Assembly (NCBI GenBank): GCA_963718915.1
Contig: CAVRAI010000015.1
Coordinates: 360,001 to 392,000, forward strand
Direction of reading: 5' to 3'
DNA from: an uncultured Chloroflexia bacterium
GTDB lineage: Bacteria > Chloroflexota > Ktedonobacteria > Ktedonobacterales > JADMIN01
Length of the DNA stretch: 32,000 nucleotides
Made by a program: the position numbers and the translations under genes. How positions within the stretch are numbered: the stretch's first letter is position 1; each line of letters opens with the position of its first letter. Under the pieces are notes generated by a model. The model searched no databases and had not been told where the DNA came from. It worked only from the letters and a program-made list of their open reading frames with translations. This document shows positions 1 through 6,902 of the stretch, one piece after another.

Positions 1-412
1 GACGTCGCTTCTCCTGCTCCGGGCTAATCAACGGAGCAATGGCGCCGGGAGGAAGATAGGCGACCAGCTCTGGCAGCAGTCGTGCGTACTCGGTGGCGTA
101 TGTTCCTGCGTCGCGCATCAATTCTGTCGGCGTAACAATGGCGAGCAGCGCCCGCAGGGCATCGATCAGTGGGCCGTAGGGTAGGGAACGATCTGGCTCG
201 AAGCAATTACCCTGGAGGGTGAGCATCGCGTCTCGGCGGATGCCCGTCTTGATTTCCGCGATCAGTCGCGACTTGCCAATACCCGCCTCACCAGCCAGTA
301 AAAGGGTATGCCCATGTCCCTGGCGCATCTGTCCCAGTTGGAGTGAGACGGACTCCAGATACGCCATGCGGCCAATCAGTCTTGGGCATATCGCAGAGTG
401 CGGAGCGGCCAT
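1..412 (-). CDS. AAA_16-type P-loop ATPase; N-terminal part of a large STAND/LuxR-MalT-like regulator (runs off left edge)
   Basis: Absent from the ORF track because there is no stop in the window. My own minus-strand translation from the ATG at 412-410 gives MAAPHSAICPRLIGRMAYLESVSLQLGQMRQGHGHTLLLAGEAGIGKSRLIAEIKTGIRRDAMLTLQGNCFEPDRSLPYGPLIDALRALL... The LIGR..E..L segment followed by the Walker A GEAGIGKSRL is the typical N-terminus of AAA_16 regulators. The frame stays open to the window edge. Confidence 0.6.
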   Translation of the reverse strand, partial: MAAPHSAICPRLIGRMAYLESVSLQLGQMRQGHGHTLLLAGEAGIGKSRLIAEIKTGIRRDAMLTLQGNCFEPDRSLPYGPLIDALRALLAIVTPTELMRDAGTYATEYARLLPELVAYLPPGAIAPLISPEQEKRR

Positions 413-564
413 GGCTCAATCTGCCCTTCACGAGTATTAGAGAACGGGCACGCATCGCCAACATCATACGGGGAACTCATGACACCACGCCTTCCATGCG
501 CAGTATATCCGCAAGCAAGGGCAATCAACAATACGCAGTCCTACCATAACACATGAGGCGCCTC

Positions 565-610
565 CGGAGAGACACAGAAAGCAGCCCCCGTCTGCTCCAG
601 GCGACGGGGG
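565..610 (-). terminator. Candidate intrinsic terminator downstream of the 893-aa ATPase gene
   Basis: An 8-bp GC stem, CCCCCGTC (585-592) pairing with GACGGGGG (603-610), has a 10-nt loop. On the minus strand it is followed by CTGCTTTCTGTGTCTCTCC (T-rich). It lies about 25 nt after the stop at 635. Confidence 0.4.
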
Positions 611-634
611 TGTAGGGTGCGCCTGGGGTGGACG

Positions 635-3316
635 TCAGTTGAAGGTAAAACCGGTCGGCCCGCGCTCGCTCTCATGATCCGCGCGCTCCATATTCGAGCG
701 CCGGTTGATCTCGCTATCCACCTCCTCGCGTGGCCGCCCATACGCCTCACGCGAGAGATCGCGGATGCCCTCCGCCCGCTGCCCGACGAACTCCACGGGC
801 GATGGCTGGGTCTGCAGCGTGAAGACGGGTGTGCGGTGGCCCTGAATCAGCAGCCGACCGTAGGCGGTGTAGTCCGGCAATGTAATCAGGTGTTGCGCGG
901 CAATTGGCGACGGCGCGAGAATCGACTCCATGGCTACGGCATCGGTGGCTCCCAGGCGGAACGAGATGATGCTGCCGACGTTGCCCAGCAGCGCATCGCG
1001 AATCTCGCCGGTAAGCTGGCCCACGTGCTGGTTGGCGAGCGTCAGCCCGACATGATATTTCCGCGCCTCCGCCAGCATCTGCGCCAGGCTGTCGGTGGCA
1101 TAGTTGTGGAACTCATCCACTACCAGCGAGACATCGCGCCGCTGGGCGTCGGGCAGTTGCGCGCGGGAGAGCGCCGCCCGCAGAATCATAGGCAGCAGAA
1201 TCAGCCCCAGGAAGTTGGCGTTTTCACTGCCAAGCCGCCCTTTGGCCAGGTTCAACAGCACGATCTTGCCGTTATTCATCGCCTCGTTGAAGGAGAAGCT
1301 GCTGGTGGACTGGCCCAGAATCCGCCGCATAGTGCGGTCGGTGACGAAGTGCGAGAACTTGGACACGAGCCAGTCCAGAACCTCGCTCCTGTGAAAATCA
1401 TTGGTGGCGCTGATCTGATCGGTCCAGTAGCGTTTGACAATGGGATCGGTGACGTGCGGCAGCAGATGCTGTCTCACGAAGTGGTGATCCTGGAAGGCCC
1501 GCAAGACTTCCACCAGCGTATTCCCTGGCGCGCTCATCACGGTCAGCATGACATTACGCGCCCCATGCTCGAAGCGTGGCCCGATGATGCCGGTATGATG
1601 TGGGTCGTAGAGCTTGATGAGCAGGTCGATGAAGGCATTCACCATCATCTCGCGTTCATCTTCGTCGCCGGTTTCCAGAGGATTGAGGCCGACGGGGAAC
1701 GCCTTATCCGCGGGATCGAAGAGCACGACATCGTGCATTCTTTCCTCAGGAATCTTGCCGAGAATCTGCCCAATCAGATCGCCATGCGGGTCAATCACAA
1801 TGACCGAGCGGCCGTCCAGAACATCCTGCAGGATGATATTTTCCAGCAGGGTTGATTTGCCGGTTCCGGTCTGCCCGACGATCCAGCAGTGGTGGTTCCT
1901 GCTGGCCTGGGGTAGCGTGACGGGCGACATGACGCCATGCACGCGATTGACGCCCAGGTGAATGCCATCGCGCACGGGCGCGCGGAACGGCAGCATCTCG
2001 ACGATGCCCTGGCGCGGCAGCCAGCGGCCCGTATCGGGAAGCGCGAACAAGCAGGCGACCTCGCCCATATGCGCCAGGAAGAGCGGCTCGGTCTGGGTAT
2101 CTAAGGCTGCCCAGGGGGTGAATGCCATCGCGCGCATATTGGCACAGGCAATCGCAAACTCGGTCTGTGGCTGATCTGGCAGCTTTGCGGAGCGCGGGCG
2201 CATGCTTACAGCGCCATCCGCCACGGGGAGGGTGGGCGTTTGCCAGGCGGCTTCCGCGGTGAGGAGTCCCGGCCCGCCCACCTCGCGTGTGATCGTGGCG
2301 GCCAGGTTCTCGCCGATGCGCGCGGCGCCGCTCAACTGGATGCGCAGCCGGAAGCTGGCGATATTCAACGCGAGCGAGCGACGCACCTTCAACTGCTGCT
2401 GCCACTCGCGCAGATAGAGCATTGTCTCGCCATTGGCCGCCGTCGAATCGCCAAATAGCTGTTTCTGCCCGGCATTTGTGGAGGCGCCGAGGTGCGCGGG
2501 GACCAGCATCCCCTCATCCCATGAATCGTTGACGTGCGTCGGCGCCATACACAAGCTAAGGGCGGTCTGCCCCTGCTGGCGCAACATCACGTCCAACACC
2601 TCCTCGATATCGATGGCCCCCTGCCACGGTAGCGGCAACGGTTCCTGAGCGAACCCATCGATGTAGCGGCGGCGCACCTCCAGCGTGTCGCGGATGATGA
2701 AGGGCGTGAGCGCCTTCTTGACAGTGGCGCTGTCGGTCACTGGCAGAAAGTGGTACTCGGGGAGCGTTGCCTCCAGGAGTTGCTCAAGCTCATCGGCAAG
2801 TTGCTGCGCCCGGCGGCGCAACGCTGCCGGCGTGGTATGCCAGCGACTGACACGCATCAGCAGATACGCGCTGATCGAAGCCTGCCATTCGTTGGCCTCG
2901 GAGGAGGGTGTCACGATGTAGCGCAGTTCGAATGCGCCATCCTCCCCCAGCGGCGCTGTCATCAATTTGCTGCTGCGCGCCGCCATCAGCGCCTGACGCG
3001 AAATGCGCGCCTTTGGGCCGAGTGAGGCCAGTCCCTGTAACTCGAACGCCGCGTAGGCGGAACGCGGCGCGTCAGACGACGCATCCTGCGGCCTGGGCAG
3101 GTAGATGGGGTCGCGATCAAGCGTGTGCGCGCGGTGTTTGAACATCAGCTTCACCCTAATCTTCCGCTGGCTTCGTAGATACCTACGAAATGAAAGCGAT
3201 ACGATCATCGTGATCGATGTGATCGATGCGACGATCACTAGAAAGATGGTCTTTGCGATGAACTGTTCGTTCGCGGGCCGACCACTCTGCCGCGTCGGAG
3301 CAGGTAACAGGCTCAC
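635..3316 (-). CDS. Membrane-anchored VirD4/TraG/TraD-like (T4SS coupling-protein family) P-loop NTPase with a large unassigned N-terminal region
   Basis: 893-aa ORF with a GTG start. It has one N-terminal TM helix (IAKTIFLVIVASITSITMIVSLSF). The C-terminal half carries Walker A HHCWIVGQTGTGKSTLL, then SVIVIDPHGDL, Walker B VSLVVDEFHNY and KYHVGLTLANQHVGQL. This matches the TrwB/TraG-D_C arrangement. I recognise no motif in aa ~60-470. Confidence 0.75.
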   Translation of the reverse strand: MSLLPAPTRQSGRPANEQFIAKTIFLVIVASITSITMIVSLSFRRYLRSQRKIRVKLMFKHRAHTLDRDPIYLPRPQDASSDAPRSAYAAFELQGLASLGPKARISRQALMAARSSKLMTAPLGEDGAFELRYIVTPSSEANEWQASISAYLLMRVSRWHTTPAALRRRAQQLADELEQLLEATLPEYHFLPVTDSATVKKALTPFIIRDTLEVRRRYIDGFAQEPLPLPWQGAIDIEEVLDVMLRQQGQTALSLCMAPTHVNDSWDEGMLVPAHLGASTNAGQKQLFGDSTAANGETMLYLREWQQQLKVRRSLALNIASFRLRIQLSGAARIGENLAATITREVGGPGLLTAEAAWQTPTLPVADGAVSMRPRSAKLPDQPQTEFAIACANMRAMAFTPWAALDTQTEPLFLAHMGEVACLFALPDTGRWLPRQGIVEMLPFRAPVRDGIHLGVNRVHGVMSPVTLPQASRNHHCWIVGQTGTGKSTLLENIILQDVLDGRSVIVIDPHGDLIGQILGKIPEERMHDVVLFDPADKAFPVGLNPLETGDEDEREMMVNAFIDLLIKLYDPHHTGIIGPRFEHGARNVMLTVMSAPGNTLVEVLRAFQDHHFVRQHLLPHVTDPIVKRYWTDQISATNDFHRSEVLDWLVSKFSHFVTDRTMRRILGQSTSSFSFNEAMNNGKIVLLNLAKGRLGSENANFLGLILLPMILRAALSRAQLPDAQRRDVSLVVDEFHNYATDSLAQMLAEARKYHVGLTLANQHVGQLTGEIRDALLGNVGSIISFRLGATDAVAMESILAPSPIAAQHLITLPDYTAYGRLLIQGHRTPVFTLQTQPSPVEFVGQRAEGIRDLSREAYGRPREEVDSEINRRSNMERADHESERGPTGFTFN

Positions 3317-3355
3317 AGCGGCGATGTGGGCTGGGCGGTTTAAAGACTCAAAGAC

Positions 3356-3895
3356 TCAGGGATAGCGGGGGTAGTGCGTCGAGTAGCCAGCGCACGGCCG
3401 TGTTTCAACCAGAATGCGCCGCCCGTGTGGTGGCAATGGCAGCGGTAGGTGACTGGCGCGCTCATTGTCACGCGCTTTGCCGCCATGTGTGCCGCCATGT
3501 GTGCCGCCATGTGTGCCGCCATGTGTGCCGCCATGTGTGTTGGCAGGGTCGTCAGTGGGCTGGGCGCGCTCTTCGCCCGGCCCGCCGTCGCCGTTGTATG
3601 CCAGGTGGAAGGATTCCTTCATCATCGTGGCCTTGTCACGCGCCAGCCCCCATGTAAGTGAAAATGGCTGGTAGGAGCGACTAATAGCTACAGGGACGGT
3701 GATCGTCGCGTGATGTGTCTCACGCCGGATGCGGCGAGCCAGAGCGAACCCGGAAGCGTCGGCAATGCTTACGCCCAAACCATGTCGCTGACTCACTAGA
3801 CGGACGGATTTTCCTGATAGAGAAATATTACTTAAGGACATGCCACCTGTCAAGACTTGCTGCGAAATTGTGAAGTAATCATCAATTTTAAACAC
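3356..3895 (-). CDS. Hypothetical small protein with a (THGG)5 repeat; start uncertain
   Basis: 179-aa ORF from a GTG at 3895, ending 40 nt upstream of the ATPase gene on the same strand. The 3' two-thirds has GC-rich third codon positions. The 5' ~200 nt is AT-rich and contains a consensus-like promoter, so the true start may be the GTG at 3796 or the ATG at 3625 (MMKESFHLAYNG...). No family recognised. Confidence 0.35.
   Translation of the reverse strand: MFKIDDYFTISQQVLTGGMSLSNISLSGKSVRLVSQRHGLGVSIADASGFALARRIRRETHHATITVPVAISRSYQPFSLTWGLARDKATMMKESFHLAYNGDGGPGEERAQPTDDPANTHGGTHGGTHGGTHGGTHGGKARDNERASHLPLPLPPHGRRILVETRPCAGYSTHYPRYP
3479..3538. repeat. Perfect 12-nt tandem repeat, 5 copies (GCCGCCATGTGT)
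   Basis: Read directly: five identical units at 3479-3538. In the minus-strand ORF they encode THGG x5. The unit length is a multiple of 3. Confidence 0.95.
3825..3853 (-). promoter_or_regulatory. Sigma70-like promoter candidate (TTGACA-17-TAATAT) on the minus strand
   Basis: On the minus strand, TTGACA (3853-3848), a 17-nt spacer, then TAATAT (3830-3825). It lies inside the annotated 5' end of the 179-aa ORF. Confidence 0.35.
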
Positions 3896-3941
3896 CTCAC
3901 ATGCGCTTTTGACCGCTACTCTGCTATTTAATTCTCAAGTC

Positions 3942-3960
3942 ATTTTAGGAAATCTAAAAT
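3942..3960. promoter_or_regulatory. 19-bp perfect-arm palindrome ATTTTAG-gaaat-CTAAAAT; candidate operator
   Basis: 7-bp perfect inverted arms separated by 5 nt. It sits centrally in the divergent AT-rich intergenic region between the minus-strand operon and the MerR-type gene. Confidence 0.3.
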
Positions 3961-4001
3961 AATTGGGTAAAATCGAGTGGGAATACTAGCCTTCTTGCGT
4001 A

Positions 4002-4030
4002 TTGATACATTTCTCTCCATACGCTACAAT
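4002..4030 (+). promoter_or_regulatory. Sigma70-like promoter candidate (TTGATA-17-TACAAT) for the MerR/GAF/GGDEF-like gene
   Basis: TTGATA at 4002-4007, a 17-nt spacer, TACAAT at 4025-4030. It is about 115 nt upstream of the ATG at 4148. Confidence 0.5.
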
Positions 4031-4147
4031 ACATTCGTCTGCGAATAGCTGTTCAATTGCTCAATATATATGAAATGTGTCGCTCCAAATCTCAACCAGT
4101 AGTGTCCTCCTGTTCCAGACGCCCAGAGACTGTGAAAGGTGGCAATT

Positions 4148-6541
4148 ATGAGTTGGCAGACAATCTCCGACAAAATACATGAGCATTTGCGCGATACCGA
4201 GACCAGGCAACGGCTGAACGGGCGCTTTACATCGGCTCGCAATCAACTGACGACGACGATTGGCGAGGCGGCAAAGCTGGCGAATATCTCACCTGAGAAG
4301 GCCCGCTATGCGGAAGTGATTGGCATCCTCAGCCCCGCTCGCAGCCGTGAACACAAGACTGACGAGAACAAAGGCAGCCCGCATCGGCGCTACAGTTTGA
4401 GCGAGCTGAATCGGCTCATCGTCATGGGTGATCTCATCGAGCATGGCTTTTCGATGACCGATATTGCCCGCTTCTTATCACGCGAACGAAGCTCGACCGA
4501 TATTATTCTGGATAGCATGCAGGCGCCGGATCTGGCGGCCCGCCTTCGCAAAGCCGAGTCGGCCTATCTCCAACGGATGCTGATCCCCCGGCTCCTGTAC
4601 TTTGCGCAGTGTCTCCTGCTGGGCGATGTTGTTGACTGCTCGATTGCGCTGGTTCTGCCCGTTGCCACGGATGCTGCTGAGGAACGTCCCACCTTCCCCG
4701 TGACGCGCGCGGACGATCTGCCGCTTGCTGGCCCCTCGCTCGTCGGCTGGCACTCGCGCAGCCACCCGTACTGTGTCCTCTATATGCGCGAGCCACGGAT
4801 GGATGACGCGACACGCTATGAACTGCGCTCGATCGATGAGATGTGCGAGGAGGCAGGAGTCGCGAACGTTCACAGTTGCCCGACAGGCGCATATCTCCTG
4901 ATCGAGCCTGAGTTTGCCCACCTGCTCTATGCGGCTCCAACCGTCCGCGCGCGCGCTGATGCGGAGACGCAGCCAGAGGATACCGAGCGCGATAGGCTCC
5001 CCAACCCACGAACGGTCGCCTACCGTCTCTTGCGCTATTTACAAGCGCCGCCTGATGCCACCACAGGCGATGGCGACGAGGAGGACGATTATTCTACTGG
5101 CCAGCGCTATTCGTCGCTCGGTGAGGGCATGGTCTATAGCTCGCCCGAATTCATGAGCGACATGACGGGCGACAGGCTCCTCACGCAGATTACCGAGCTG
5201 GTCATTCGACTTGGGAATACGGAGAGCGCCACGTCGTCGAGTCGGCGTGGCCGCTGGATCTTCTCGGCCATCCTGATGCCAGATAATCTCTATCTGCCGC
5301 CGGGACAGCAGAGTCTGGTGGTCATGGCTCAAAGCGAAGAGTCGCCGCATACGCTGGGAATGACACGGCTCACCCCCGGCAAGAACGAAGGACTGTCGAC
5401 GCTGGCGGCGCTCAGCGGCCATATGTTGCTGCGTCGCGCAATCGAGTCAACCGATGCCGCCGTGGCCGACGCTGGATTCGAGGACGAGCCTGGCCCGGCG
5501 CTCGCGCTTCCGGTTCTTGGCGCGTATGGACGGGCGCTGGCGGTTCTCTATATTCGCTCCAAATACGACAAAGATACCTCCACCTACCAGACATTCACTG
5601 CGGACGATCAGATGCTGCTGCGCGTCATTGGCCACATCATCAGCGGCATTGTCTCTGGATACCGGGGAAACTACCTGGCGCGCGATGTGCTTGCCGAGAT
5701 GATCAAACAGCCGCGATCGGTTGACCGGTTCTTTCAGGAGTTTAAGAGCGCGAATGCCTTCTGGCTAGACCTGGAGGCGGCGCTGCGGGGCGCCTCGGAA
5801 GCGAAGGAAACGCGCAAGTCCACCTCCACATCAGCCAGCAGGGCAACCAATCCCATCACGTTGATTGCCATCGATATCGATGGCCACTCGAACATCTTCA
5901 ACGAATATGGGAATAACACCGCGCGCAACCTGCTCCGCGCCGTGGGACGACGTATCGCTGGCCAGCCGCTATTGGCCAGCGGCACGCTGATGAGCGCGTC
6001 GGATCGTACCAGGAAGAACCTCTACCATATGTACGGCGACCGCTTCTGCCTGTTGCTAGAGAACTTCTCGCGGGAAGAGGCCGAGTTGTATGCCGCGAAT
6101 CTGAGGGATCTGCTCAGCGGGGACTACACACTGGAGATTTCGCGGGCAACGGGAACCCAGGCAGCGCCAGTGACGAAATTCCGGATCCATGAGGTGAGCG
6201 TGCGCATCGCGCTCATCAGCTACGATAGCGATAGCCTGCGCAGGTTGCTCGCGCCAGTCGTGGCTGGTAGCCGCCCAATCCCCGAACATGTCGACGAGCC
6301 GGTTCAATACGTGATATCGCTCATCACCAATGCGCTCGACACCGGACTAAATCAGGGAAAGCAAGTTGGGCCTGGCGCCATTCTGTACCTCGACACAACG
6401 CGGGGGCTGTTTCGCCAGTTGCTCCTTGATGCCGATGAGAACAGGCGCCCCACGTCTGGAGAGCGCCGTTCGGCAGTGAAACCCACCAACGGCGTGTCGT
6501 CCGTCAGAAACGATCGCAACTCGGATGTGTTTCGGAGATGA
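4148..6541 (+). CDS. MerR-type HTH / GAF-like / degenerate GGDEF-domain protein
   Basis: The ORF track starts at GTG 4139, but the ATG at 4148 follows GAAAGGTGG (a ribosome-binding site). The N-terminus TIGEAAKLANISPEKARYAEVIGILSP...HRRYSLSELNRLIVMGDLIEHGFSMTDIARFL has the MerR HTH pattern. The middle region ...ALALPVLGAYGRALAVLYIRSKYD...FTADDQMLLRVIGHIISGIV looks GAF-like. The C-terminus ITLIAIDIDGHSNIFNEYGNNTARNLLRAVGRRI...LYHMYGDRFCLLLENFSREEAELYAANLRDLL...VSVRIALISY aligns by eye with a GGDEF domain in which GG(D/E)EF is replaced by YGDRF. Confidence 0.8.
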   Translation: MSWQTISDKIHEHLRDTETRQRLNGRFTSARNQLTTTIGEAAKLANISPEKARYAEVIGILSPARSREHKTDENKGSPHRRYSLSELNRLIVMGDLIEHGFSMTDIARFLSRERSSTDIILDSMQAPDLAARLRKAESAYLQRMLIPRLLYFAQCLLLGDVVDCSIALVLPVATDAAEERPTFPVTRADDLPLAGPSLVGWHSRSHPYCVLYMREPRMDDATRYELRSIDEMCEEAGVANVHSCPTGAYLLIEPEFAHLLYAAPTVRARADAETQPEDTERDRLPNPRTVAYRLLRYLQAPPDATTGDGDEEDDYSTGQRYSSLGEGMVYSSPEFMSDMTGDRLLTQITELVIRLGNTESATSSSRRGRWIFSAILMPDNLYLPPGQQSLVVMAQSEESPHTLGMTRLTPGKNEGLSTLAALSGHMLLRRAIESTDAAVADAGFEDEPGPALALPVLGAYGRALAVLYIRSKYDKDTSTYQTFTADDQMLLRVIGHIISGIVSGYRGNYLARDVLAEMIKQPRSVDRFFQEFKSANAFWLDLEAALRGASEAKETRKSTSTSASRATNPITLIAIDIDGHSNIFNEYGNNTARNLLRAVGRRIAGQPLLASGTLMSASDRTRKNLYHMYGDRFCLLLENFSREEAELYAANLRDLLSGDYTLEISRATGTQAAPVTKFRIHEVSVRIALISYDSDSLRRLLAPVVAGSRPIPEHVDEPVQYVISLITNALDTGLNQGKQVGPGAILYLDTTRGLFRQLLLDADENRRPTSGERRSAVKPTNGVSSVRNDRNSDVFRR

Positions 6542-6593
6542 TATCATACCCGATTAGGCTGGGTTGTTGCCGTTGGAGTGGGCCGACCGCAGC

Positions 6594-6839
6594 CTGAAGG
6601 CTACGGCGAATTTCCTCGGCCGCAGCCTCGTCCACCCATTCGCCGTAGCGTTGACGCTACGGCTTGCCTGCCCTCGAAACCAACAACAACCCAGACAGAT
6701 TTCGTATCAGACCCGGTCGGGTCATTGTACCTGGGTGCGTGTCGGAGTCTGAAGGCCCCGGCGAATGGGGGAAATTCGCCGGGAGGTTTACGCTACGGCT
6801 AGCTGCTCGAACGCCAACAACCTGGACAGTCCTGCTATC
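6594..6839. repeat. Two imperfect tandem copies (about 105 and 91 nt) of a hairpin-containing unit in a convergent intergenic region
   Basis: Copy 1 is 6594-6698 and copy 2 is 6749-6839. Both have the layout CTGAAGGC..CGGCGAAT-loop-ATTCGCCG..GTT(G/T)ACGCTACGGCT.GC..CTCGAA..CCAACAAC..GACAG. Stem details are given in the findings. Confidence 0.6.
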
Positions 6840-6902
6840 TCAGGCAATGAGCAACGCCAGGAAGGTTGGCCCACCCAATCATCCTGACGTTGCCAAGCAA
6901 GC

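Noticed and set aside
617-1855. 412-aa plus-strand ORF
   Set aside because: It lies entirely antisense to the ATPase gene, whose Walker motifs are unambiguous. Its composition is Arg/Gly/Ala-rich with no motif. This is the usual shadow ORF of high-GC DNA.
3479-3538. Possible CRISPR-like array
   Set aside because: The 12-nt units are directly adjacent with no spacers, and they sit in-frame within an ORF. This is a simple tandem repeat, not a CRISPR array.
4139-4147. GTG start given by the ORF track for the MerR/GGDEF-like gene
   Set aside because: GAAAGGTGG (4134-4142) overlaps this GTG. It is well placed as a ribosome-binding site for the ATG at 4148, which I therefore prefer.
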